This document shows positions 56,321-64,000 of a DNA stretch of 64,000 nucleotides, one piece after another. Every line of letters begins with the position of its first letter. Position 1 is the first letter of the stretch. The notes under the pieces are model-generated. The model did no database searches. It saw nothing but the letters and a program-made list of their open reading frames with translations, and was not told the origin of the DNA. The stretch covers positions 1 to 64,000 of IMG/VR virus record IMGVR_UViG_3300009610_000003. One strand, 5' to 3'. A program made the translations under genes and the position numbers. This DNA comes from a virus.

Positions 56321-57318
56321 GCCGACCATTCCTTCGGATGCGCAAAGTCAGTGGTGGAAAGGTAGTTGAACCGCAGGTCTGACCACGTGTAGCCATGGTC
56401 GGCCAGCGATGCCGCCGCGTCTTTGCGCGGCTTGTCCCAGCCCATCATTTCGCCGAGATGCTTGAACGGGAACAGCTTCTTGCGCGCCTGCCAGATGGCC
56501 GATGTGTATTCCCACTCGTCCTCGGCCCGCCGGGCATATCTCAGTTCGCTGTCGTGGCTGCGGCCCGGATAGAACTTCTTGCTTTCCCAGCTTTCGCGGT
56601 ATTCGCACAGCAGCACCTGAAGCTGGAACATATCGATCTTGATGCCGTGGTCGTCGTCCAGCAGCGCCAGCGCGTCTTCGCAGCTTTCGTGCGCCAGCTT
56701 CAGGGCTTCCTTGGAATTGTCCCTGTTGCCCAGCCCCCGGTCGGGGAACAGGTAGCCGAGCGTGTGCCTCGGTGACCACGCGGCGAAGGGCCGGATGTCG
56801 GGCGTGCGCACCGGCAGGTCGTGGAAGCGCCGCAGGTATTCGATGAGCTTGATGGCCGCGTACCTGCCCACCGTCTCGATCTTCAGCACGTGTTCCCACG
56901 CGATTTCGAACCCCTCTTCCGGGGTGGCCGCGTCAAAGCACCGTTCGCACAGCTTGTCGTAGATGCCGATGAAGTGCTGGCAGTCGCGCAGGTATTCATA
57001 CATCTGGTCCGGGCGGCGCGCGGCGCGGCGTTCGATGCGCGTGGTGATGTGGCCTCGGGCAAAGGCGGTGTCCAGCCAGTGGCGCATCCACTGAGGGCTT
57101 TCCATGCACTTGCTGAAGGGCAGGCCGCGCCACAGCACCTCGCCGTAGGGCACGTTGTAGACGCCGATGTAGCAGCACCCCCGCCATATCGCTTCCTCGT
57201 CGCTAGCGGCGTCCTTGGCCATCTCGAATACCGTGGGCAACTGCGGGTCGGGGCCGCCGCTCGCAAGCTCCCACTTGCAGAACTCGGCGAAGAATTTCCG
57301 GTGTTCCTCGGTGTTCAT
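56317..57318 (-). CDS. amino acid:DNA transferase-like protein (aGPT-Pplase2 clade)
   Basis: HhH-like I..VGRY.....IEYL and LCEY......YPG motifs; context with kinase and TS-fold enzyme; ATGA start at 57318. Confidence 0.65.
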   Translation of the reverse strand: MNTEEHRKFFAEFCKWELASGGPDPQLPTVFEMAKDAASDEEAIWRGCCYIGVYNVPYGEVLWRGLPFSKCMESPQWMRHWLDTAFARGHITTRIERRAARRPDQMYEYLRDCQHFIGIYDKLCERCFDAATPEEGFEIAWEHVLKIETVGRYAAIKLIEYLRRFHDLPVRTPDIRPFAAWSPRHTLGYLFPDRGLGNRDNSKEALKLAHESCEDALALLDDDHGIKIDMFQLQVLLCEYRESWESKKFYPGRSHDSELRYARRAEDEWEYTSAIWQARKKLFPFKHLGEMMGWDKPRKDAAASLADHGYTWSDLRFNYLSTTDFAHPKEWSA

Positions 57319-58244
57319 TTCGTGAACCATGACAACTCCAATCCAAAACGCTTGCCCTGACCCTCGGTGCATTTGTCGCAGGGTTTCTGCGCCCCCCGGT
57401 CACGCGCGATCAGGTTGGCGCGCACCTCGTCGTAGGCGTCCCACAGGTCGGGAAGCGACCGTTCCGGGAAGCTCCCGATGATGTGGGCATCTCCCCAGTC
57501 ATCGCAGCAAAAGGGCACCGAGCCGTCGAACCACATCGGCATTTCTCTGAACGGCCTGACGCACATCCGGGCCAGCGGCGCAGCTACGGGTCGGACGTTT
57601 GGATAAATCTTGGATGCCCGGCCCGGCCCTACGTCAGCAAATCCACCTTGGTTGTGGTAGTGCAGGATGACGTTCTCGCGCGGCACGCGGCCTAGCTCGC
57701 TCTTGTAGGTGGTGGCGTCCTTGATGATGAGCGCCCGCCAGTTGGGGCCTCGGTAGCCGTAGGGGCTCATGGCCTCGTCGCCGAAGAACAGGTCGGCGGC
57801 ACCCTTGAACAGCACCGTGAACTCGCGCAGGCGCTTGGGTGTGTAGCAGTCGAGCAGGAAGCAGTTGACACCCTCGGCCTGCGCTTCGGCGACCCATTCC
57901 CTAAACAGCGGCAGGCCCAGCACGTTGACCAGATCGCCGTTGGTGCTGACGAGGAACTGTGCCTGCGGCAACAGCTTGCGGGCGATGCGGATGAACCTGA
58001 TGAACTGGGGGTGCATCGTCGGCTCGCCACGGTTGGCGATTTCAATTCTGACCTTCGGTTTCCAATCTCTCACGGCCCGACAATAGTCGATCCATAAGTC
58101 TTCGTGCATGAACTGGTAGGGGCCTTCGGCCCATGTCTGGTTGCGCAAGCCGCAGAAGACGCATCGCATGGTGCAGCCGCGCACGAATTCCGGCTTCAGC
58201 GTGTACGGCAGATGCCGCCCGCCTGTATTTCCCATCGAAGTCAC
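57315..58244 (-). CDS. radical SAM enzyme with SPASM/twitch-like C-terminal domain
   Basis: CTMRCVFC, GEP, TNG; C..PF......DG.V..CC.D...IG...PC..C. Confidence 0.9.
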   Translation of the reverse strand: MTSMGNTGGRHLPYTLKPEFVRGCTMRCVFCGLRNQTWAEGPYQFMHEDLWIDYCRAVRDWKPKVRIEIANRGEPTMHPQFIRFIRIARKLLPQAQFLVSTNGDLVNVLGLPLFREWVAEAQAEGVNCFLLDCYTPKRLREFTVLFKGAADLFFGDEAMSPYGYRGPNWRALIIKDATTYKSELGRVPRENVILHYHNQGGFADVGPGRASKIYPNVRPVAAPLARMCVRPFREMPMWFDGSVPFCCDDWGDAHIIGSFPERSLPDLWDAYDEVRANLIARDRGAQKPCDKCTEGQGKRFGLELSWFTK

Positions 58245-58392
58245 TCCCCTTCGAAGAAAACGGCGGCCCAGTTTTTAAGCTGAGCCGCCGCCCGACAGCG
58301 GAACGTGCCGACCAAGGCGCGTCTACCCGCTGTCTTAACCACCTTTCTCAACCCCAAGAAGCCAACCACGGCCTTCTGGGGGAACCGGGTGG

Positions 58393-58743
58393 TTATGCGT
58401 GTATCTGTGTCGGCGACGGACTAAACACGTGGTGCACTATCGGCCCGACGATGAACGTTCCCACATAGTCATCGGCAGCGTCGATTGGCACCTCGCCCCC
58501 GGTCGCCACCAGCACGATGGCGCGCTTTTCCAGCGGCATGTCCGGGGCGACGAGGAACCACACGCACAGCACGCTGTCCGGGTCGGGACCAACGTGCAGT
58601 GCTTTCGCGCCCTGCGGTATCTCATGCACCGTCAACTGTTGCGCGGCCACGGGGTATTTCCAGATCGTACCCATGGGCGGGCCGTTATCTGGCGCTGGCC
58701 CAGCACGGGCGTTTGTCGTTTGCATGGATGTTCCTTTTCTCAT
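58393..58743 (-). CDS. hypothetical protein
   Basis: TIWKYP...P.GA..L.V...VW..V....TG...YVGT...HVF. Confidence 0.6.
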   Translation of the reverse strand: MRKGTSMQTTNARAGPAPDNGPPMGTIWKYPVAAQQLTVHEIPQGAKALHVGPDPDSVLCVWFLVAPDMPLEKRAIVLVATGGEVPIDAADDYVGTFIVGPIVHHVFSPSPTQIHA

Positions 58744-58749
58744 CGGCGA

Positions 58750-58778
58750 AGCATACGATCCTTATTAATTCGCCGCCA
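58750..58778 (-). promoter_or_regulatory. AAGGATCGTA-class promoter upstream of the modification cluster
   Basis: TGGCGG-cgaattaatAAGGATCG-TATGCT. Confidence 0.6.
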
Positions 58779-58788
58779 GCTTATTCCT

Positions 58789-59928
58789 TTATTTGGTGAC
58801 CTCGTAGCCCTTGTGAACGACGCCCAGTTTCTCGTCGCCTCGGCCATGGCTGGTGCGCCACCAGCGCTTTGCCGGGCACTTCTGGCAATGATACCTGTCC
58901 GGGGTCACCGGTTCCCACTCATGCGTGCAGGCGGGTATGCGGCGGCTTTGGCACCAGTGCCCGCGCACCGAGTGGTAGCGGTGGTGCCTGTCGGTGTGTC
59001 CGCCCTCGGTGACGCGCCGGTAGCTTTCCTGCGGGCTCAGGTGCAACTTGACGCTGTTGTGGCTGACCAGCACCTGACTGTGCCCCTTGAGCAATATGCG
59101 CTTGTGCGGCTCGTCAGTGACCATCAGCACGTGCTTCGTGGGCCGCGTCAGCAAGAGCAGCATGATGATGATCTGCTTCATGCTGCCAGCGGAAGAGCGC
59201 AGGGTTCGCAGCTTGTCCACGACCGTCATCTTGTCGAACGGCGGCTTGCTGTAAAATTCGAAGCTGTGGCTGCGGCAAATCTCGTTGGCCACATGCGTGT
59301 TCCACCACTTCCCCTCAAGACCGGGGTCGCCATAGATCATCTTCCGCAGCATCAGCCGCGACGTGTTCAGTTCCTGCGCCAGTTCCAGTTCCCGTTCGAA
59401 CGTCATCGGGCGGTGCAAGTGGTAGATCAGCGGGGTGACGCCAACATCGTCCAGACCGAGTGCCGTGGTGGTTTTCCGCCGCGCCTCGGACGCCGAGTAG
59501 ACCTTGCCATGATCGAAGAAGTAGCCCACCCGCGTGTCGGCGGTCGGGTCGTCGGGGTTCATGCCGGGGATGACCTCGGCGTAGGCGCGGAAATCCATTT
59601 CCAGCCACGTAAGCTGGTGCGGCGGTCGGGCAAATTCATGCTGTTCCAGCATCAGCGGCGCGGCCTTATTGACCAGTTCGCCGACCAGACGACTGGCCGG
59701 TGCATCCAGCACAAAGCGATGCGCCATGCGCAGGCTGAGCGGCGAGATGCCGCTGTAGTTCAGCGCCTTCTGGTTGGCCAGCAGCTTGTCGATCAGGTTG
59801 GGCTGCGGCTTGGGCTTCCTGACGAAGCCCCGCAGCAAGCCGTCGATGTCTTTCTGGGTGCCGCCGTGCGCCTGCTTGAGGGCAGTGCGCACGGTCTTTG
59901 AGGGGGTGCCAGCGGGGAAGGTGGTCAT
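58789..59928 (-). CDS. hypothetical protein with H.VRGHW motif and Zn-ribbon insert
   Basis: HSVRGHW...C.H.W...CQKC...W...H.RGD..LG. Confidence 0.7.
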   Translation of the reverse strand: MTTFPAGTPSKTVRTALKQAHGGTQKDIDGLLRGFVRKPKPQPNLIDKLLANQKALNYSGISPLSLRMAHRFVLDAPASRLVGELVNKAAPLMLEQHEFARPPHQLTWLEMDFRAYAEVIPGMNPDDPTADTRVGYFFDHGKVYSASEARRKTTTALGLDDVGVTPLIYHLHRPMTFERELELAQELNTSRLMLRKMIYGDPGLEGKWWNTHVANEICRSHSFEFYSKPPFDKMTVVDKLRTLRSSAGSMKQIIIMLLLLTRPTKHVLMVTDEPHKRILLKGHSQVLVSHNSVKLHLSPQESYRRVTEGGHTDRHHRYHSVRGHWCQSRRIPACTHEWEPVTPDRYHCQKCPAKRWWRTSHGRGDEKLGVVHKGYEVTK

Positions 59929-61523
59929 GACGCCACCTCTTCCACCGGCTTCTTGGCCGCCTTCATGAGGTCAGCCGGGGTCGGCATCGGCACGTCGATC
60001 AGGGCTTCCTGAGCCCGCGTCACGGCGACATAGGCGAGGTTGATTTCCTGCTCTTGCTGCCATTCCTGAACCGCACGCGGGGACGGGAGGATTTCGCCAC
60101 GGCCCAGAATGTGAACCACCGGCCACTCAAGCCCCTTGCTCTTGTGAACGCTGCTCAGGATGACCTGACCAGCCGAGCCCTCAAGGGCGGTATCGGCGAA
60201 CATGCCAGACACCATGGTCTGCATCTCGGCGACCGTCTGAAGGCCCTGCTCACGGGCACGTTCCAAGAGGCATACGATGGTCGCCTGCTTGTCTTCGTGA
60301 CGGGCCAGCTTGGCTTCATCGGCCCCGGCCTTGGCACGCTCGCGGGCATCCCACTTGATCAGCTTGGTTTCGAAAGCGTCGAGGCTCTTGACCTTCCAGC
60401 GTCCGACCAGATCAACGAGGCCCTTGCCGATTTCACGGCCTTCGATCTTGGCGGCCTTGCCAGCGCGGATGAGGCGGAAGCAAAGTTCCACCAGCGGGGC
60501 GTTGAAGCGGCACAGGACGGCATGGCCCGGCTGGATGGTATCGACCATCTGGCGGTAGCTGATCGCGCTCACCGAGCCTTCCAGCGCCGTAGGTGCGGCG
60601 TGGATGTGATCGACGTACTGACGAGCGACGGCAACCACCGCCTGCGGGCAGCGCCATGACACCGACAGCGACATCGTGGCCGCACCGAAAATCTGCCGGA
60701 TCAAATCAAGCGAGCGGTTATCGGCACCGGTAAATCCGAAAATGGCCTGATGGGGGTCGCCAACCGCGACGAGCCTGCCCGTGCCCGGCTTGAGCATCCG
60801 GCGGGCAATTTCGCGACGAACGGAATTCGTATCCTGCGCCTCGTCAATCAGAACCCAGTCTTTTTTCCAAAAACGAAGGTTCATCAGCAGGGGGAGGTAG
60901 CACATATCATCGAAGTCAATGATCGTGCGCTGAGCGTTCGAAGCCTTCAGGGCGGCATCGGCGAGCGACACCAGCGTGTTGATGTCATAGTCGTCGGACA
61001 GGCCATCGGCCACATCGTGGCGGTTGATAAGCTCAACCCAGTAATGGGGCTTCACGATTTCGACCAAGCCACGGCAAAAGAAACCGGTCTGCTTGGCAAG
61101 CGACACCAGCTTGCAGATCGCACCAGCTTCCCCGGCCTCGGGCTCGCGGTTCATGTCCGCGAACATTTCGTTCACGATGTTCATGACCTTTTTGCCCTTG
61201 TCGTCCACCGTGAAACCAGTGGCCTTCAGGGCGTAACGCAGGGCCGAGAAGCCAGCGGAATGGAAAGTAGCAGCGGTCTTGCCGTTGCTGCCCATGGCTT
61301 CCAAGCCCATGTCGGCGAGGCGGCCCTTAAGCTCAGCGGCCATCTTGGTGTTGTAAGCGCCCAAGAAGACTTCGCCATTCATGCGCTTAACGCCTTCCAT
61401 CAGGGTGGAAGTCTTGCCAGCGCCCGCGACGGCCTCAAGAACGCATGAGCCCGTGCCGTTAGAAATCCAGTCAAGGAAGACGGCCTGTTCCGGCGACGGG
61501 GTGAAAACTTTGGTGGTGGTCAT
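59925..61523 (-). CDS. UvrD/Rep-like SF1 helicase
   Basis: AVAGAGKT, IDEAQD, VGDPHQAI, HKSKGLE, YVAVTRA. Confidence 0.93.
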   Translation of the reverse strand: MTTTKVFTPSPEQAVFLDWISNGTGSCVLEAVAGAGKTSTLMEGVKRMNGEVFLGAYNTKMAAELKGRLADMGLEAMGSNGKTAATFHSAGFSALRYALKATGFTVDDKGKKVMNIVNEMFADMNREPEAGEAGAICKLVSLAKQTGFFCRGLVEIVKPHYWVELINRHDVADGLSDDYDINTLVSLADAALKASNAQRTIIDFDDMCYLPLLMNLRFWKKDWVLIDEAQDTNSVRREIARRMLKPGTGRLVAVGDPHQAIFGFTGADNRSLDLIRQIFGAATMSLSVSWRCPQAVVAVARQYVDHIHAAPTALEGSVSAISYRQMVDTIQPGHAVLCRFNAPLVELCFRLIRAGKAAKIEGREIGKGLVDLVGRWKVKSLDAFETKLIKWDARERAKAGADEAKLARHEDKQATIVCLLERAREQGLQTVAEMQTMVSGMFADTALEGSAGQVILSSVHKSKGLEWPVVHILGRGEILPSPRAVQEWQQEQEINLAYVAVTRAQEALIDVPMPTPADLMKAAKKPVEEVAS

Positions 61524-61578
61524 TGTGGTTGGCTTTCGTGGTTGGTTGGTCGGTGGGGGCCGCTGGTTGGGCGACCCG
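61521..61578 (-). promoter_or_regulatory. hairpin + ACCAACCAACCAC leader upstream of the helicase
   Basis: GGGTCGC-CCAACCA-GCGGCCC, then GACCAACCAACCACGAAAGCCAACCACA ATG. Confidence 0.75.
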
Positions 61579-61697
61579 ATGTGTTCCTTACCCGTGCCCC
61601 GTTACGAAGTAAAGGGTTATTCGGATCGTACCGCGATTTTATTTGCCGCCCCCCGCCACGTCTGCTACAGATGGTCGTAGCAGCTAACCCATTGAAA

Positions 61698-62159
61698 TCA
61701 AAAGGGAATCTCGTCGTCCAGAAGCTTACGTGTGCTTTGCTGCGAGGGCTTGGCCGTGACCTTGACATCGGCCTTGGGCCGACGCTCTTCCTGCCGGTCA
61801 ACATCGCTCTGCGTGCTGCCCTGCGACATAAGCTGGACGCTGCCACCGAACCGGGGGACGACGATTTCGGTGACCCACCGCTCTTGGTTGTCCCGGTCGA
61901 GATACTTGCGGGTTTCAATGGTGCCTTCAATGCACACTGTGTCGCCCTTCTTCGCGTACTGGCGCAGGAAGTTTGCGCCATGTTCGTTGAAGACGGTTAC
62001 GTTGTGCCACTGCGTGCGTTCCTGACGCTCGCCCGTCTGCTTGTCCTTCCAGCTTTCGCTGGTCGCCACGCGACACGTCACGAAGCCGTCACGGCCCTTG
62101 ACCTCGGGGTCGGCACCGAGCCGCCCCATGATGATCGCCTTGTTTATGTTGATTGCCAT
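61698..62159 (-). CDS. ssb: single-stranded DNA-binding protein
   Basis: NKAIIMGRLGADPE, ATSESWKD, TQWHNV and DDEIPF tail; start MAININ. Confidence 0.95.
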   Translation of the reverse strand: MAININKAIIMGRLGADPEVKGRDGFVTCRVATSESWKDKQTGERQERTQWHNVTVFNEHGANFLRQYAKKGDTVCIEGTIETRKYLDRDNQERWVTEIVVPRFGGSVQLMSQGSTQSDVDRQEERRPKADVKVTAKPSQQSTRKLLDDEIPF

Positions 62160-62172
62160 TTCGGTTCCTTCT

Positions 62173-62475
62173 CTAACAGTCATTGACCAGAAGCTGGGTG
62201 GCATGGAATGCCGCCTGCATCTGCTTGAAGTCGGGTTTGTAATGCTCGCTGATCGGCTGGCTGGCGTAGCCGCTGACGATCTGCACGCCACAGCCCTCGC
62301 ATTCCCACAGGTCGGCCAACCAGACCTTGTAGGGCGTCCAGCGGTGCGGTTCCTGCGTCCCCGGCAGCGCCCTGTGCGGGATGTCATCCCCTTTGGGCAT
62401 CATCTCGGTGAGCGCGTAGCCATTCTTCTGGACGCGGAAGAACCGTTGGCAGCGGACGCAGACTGGCTTGGGCAT
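62173..62475 (-). CDS. zinc-binding hypothetical protein
   Basis: CVRC...ADLWECEGCG. Confidence 0.6.
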   Translation of the reverse strand: MPKPVCVRCQRFFRVQKNGYALTEMMPKGDDIPHRALPGTQEPHRWTPYKVWLADLWECEGCGVQIVSGYASQPISEHYKPDFKQMQAAFHATQLLVNDC

Positions 62476-62783
62476 TATCTCTCCTGATATTTCCGGTGCT
62501 GGAACCAGAACCCGGCGTACAGGTCGTGCAACTCGTCGTCGCGGACGCTGTCCTTGAAATTCGGGTAGTCGATTTCCCGGACCCGCTTGGCGACGATGAA
62601 CGCGAACAGCTTCTTGGTGACGAACACCCGGAACCGATAGTCGGTGTCTTCCGACCGGTGGACCTTGTAGCCGGGGAACAGTCGCTCAAGATGCTTGCGC
62701 TTGCGCGCCCGCACCTTGAGCAGGTTGGGCTTGGTTTCGTGCTGAACAGCCGAAACGAAAGCGTCGTTGAAACATATCCACAT
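62475..62783 (-). CDS. hypothetical protein
   Basis: MWI....FVSAV...VRAR...DY.FR...IDY.NFK. Confidence 0.7.
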   Translation of the reverse strand: MWICFNDAFVSAVQHETKPNLLKVRARKRKHLERLFPGYKVHRSEDTDYRFRVFVTKKLFAFIVAKRVREIDYPNFKDSVRDDELHDLYAGFWFQHRKYQER

Positions 62784-62787
62784 TAGC

Positions 62788-63129
62788 TCAAGTATTCTCC
62801 TCTTCCCCTGATGGCGGTTCCCCCAATTGTGATTTACGTTGCTTCCGGCTAAGCTTATATCGTCTCATGATCTGATTGCGCAGCTTCATGATATGGGCGA
62901 GCTTGCAATCTTGAAGATCAATATACACACTATTTTCATGAACGTGACCTTGGGCATAGTCACGGATCATTATGGCCATCAGCACATCATCAATTACCAT
63001 TTTGCCTTCAACAGCTTCAAAGTCATAAATCGCCATTGCATAGCTTTGATATATCGGGTCTTCCCACAGCGCCTCGTTGATTTCATCAACGGCGTCGATG
63101 AGTGTTTCTGCCTTCTTGGCGGTTTCCAT
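62788..63129 (-). CDS. hypothetical protein (lower GC)
   Basis: 113-aa ORF in operon orientation. Confidence 0.5.
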   Translation of the reverse strand: METAKKAETLIDAVDEINEALWEDPIYQSYAMAIYDFEAVEGKMVIDDVLMAIMIRDYAQGHVHENSVYIDLQDCKLAHIMKLRNQIMRRYKLSRKQRKSQLGEPPSGEEENT

Positions 63130-63134
63130 GGCCT

Positions 63135-63998
63135 TTACCCCTTCGCCATTTTACGTTCACGTTCCGCAGCCTTGGCCGCTGCCGCACGGGCCTTTGCCTC
63201 TGCAAAGGTTGCAGGCGGTCGCTGGAACATATCGACCGGCTTTTCCTTCTCGTTGCACAGCGCAAGCTCGTAATGCCGGATGATGCGGAACGCCTCGTTG
63301 AAGTCGGCCACCAGCTTGGGGCTGGGGTTCAGGTGATGAAGACCATCGGGGTGCAGACATTTGACCAGCTTGCGATATTCATCAGCCGTCAGCACGCCCT
63401 TGCGATGCTTGATGGTGTTGAACAGTTCCTCATATTTCCGGTTCCAAGCAGGAAAGATCATCTCGTCCATGCGCTTCTGAACCTCAGCTTGCACCGCTGT
63501 TTCTAATTCCAGTTGGAACCGCTTTTTTTCAGCGCGTACCATCGCGTCGAACTTCTCCTGCATGGTCTTCGACAGTTCAGGCTTGCTCTGGGGCGCATAT
63601 TCCGCCCGCACACGCTCTTCGGTTTCCCGCCGCACGATTGCTTCCATGGCAATGATCGGGCTGACGTTTGCTTCCTCGCAGATCAGGGTGCGCGTGATCG
63701 GCTCACCCGCCAGCTTGCGCCGGTCATAGGCGTGCAGGGCGCGTTCCAGCGTCTCGCGTTCCTTGGGGTCTGGGTTGGCGTCAGGTGCCTTGGGCGCGGG
63801 CTTGGTGTCCGGGGCCTCGGGCGCGGGCTTGGCCTTGGCCTTCGGTTTCGCCACGTGGCGAAACCTAGACTTAAACTCCGTGCGGTGGATATGTCGCAAA
63901 GATCGCCGCTCGGTGGCTTCAAGCACCGCACGCGCCACCTCGGGCTGCTTACCCATGGCAATGGCGGCAGCACGGTCATCGTCCGATAGCGCCAGTTT
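63135..63998 (-). CDS. hypothetical protein with HPD motif (partial, N-terminus outside window)
   Basis: frame open to the window end (KLALSDDDRAAAIAMG); coiled coil; CLHPD. Confidence 0.65.
   Translation of the reverse strand, partial: KLALSDDDRAAAIAMGKQPEVARAVLEATERRSLRHIHRTEFKSRFRHVAKPKAKAKPAPEAPDTKPAPKAPDANPDPKERETLERALHAYDRRKLAGEPITRTLICEEANVSPIIAMEAIVRRETEERVRAEYAPQSKPELSKTMQEKFDAMVRAEKKRFQLELETAVQAEVQKRMDEMIFPAWNRKYEELFNTIKHRKGVLTADEYRKLVKCLHPDGLHHLNPSPKLVADFNEAFRIIRHYELALCNEKEKPVDMFQRPPATFAEAKARAAAAKAAERERKMAKG
63844..63865. repeat. perfect 22-bp palindrome, copy 2 (in-frame, encodes RFRHVAKP)
   Basis: identical to 37446-37467. Confidence 0.9.
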
Positions 63999-64000
63999 CT

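Noticed and set aside
1-64000. tRNA/rRNA genes, integrase/att site, lysis cassette
   Set aside because: None recognised by eye; they may lie outside the window, and a tRNAscan/HMM run would be needed to exclude them

Overview
The whole window is a high-GC tailed-phage genome segment, siphovirus-like, with a probable alphaproteobacterial host (inferred from a GcrA-like ORF). No host genes, integrase, endolysin, tRNA or CRISPR array were recognised. There are three blocks. (i) Bases 1-35.6 kb, minus strand, hold morphogenesis genes: TerL, portal, a 2556-aa fibre with three paralogous receptor-binding-like proteins, two large multidomain proteins (Nudix+ParB-like+metallopeptidase; repeats+ADP-ribosyltransferase), scaffold, capsid, MuF, three tandem tail-tube paralogues, a frameshifted tail chaperone, tape measure and tail tip. 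(ii) Bases 35.8-47.9 kb hold mostly plus-strand small early-type genes, with TerS on the minus strand. (iii) Bases 48.3-64 kb, minus strand, hold replication genes (SSB, SF1 helicase, PolA, exonuclease, nuclease) and a predicted thymidine-hypermodification operon with an unusual gene set (radical SAM-SPASM, amino acid:DNA transferase-like, CX5R phosphatase, P-loop kinase, dUMP hydroxymethylase-like, HD nucleotidase). Non-coding signals read directly from the sequence are a repeated AAGGATCGTA promoter class, a repeated CAACCA-loop hairpin leader, three structurally identical bulged hairpins before the capsid gene, and a twice-occurring 22-bp palindrome. All protein family calls are motif recognition by eye, not database results.
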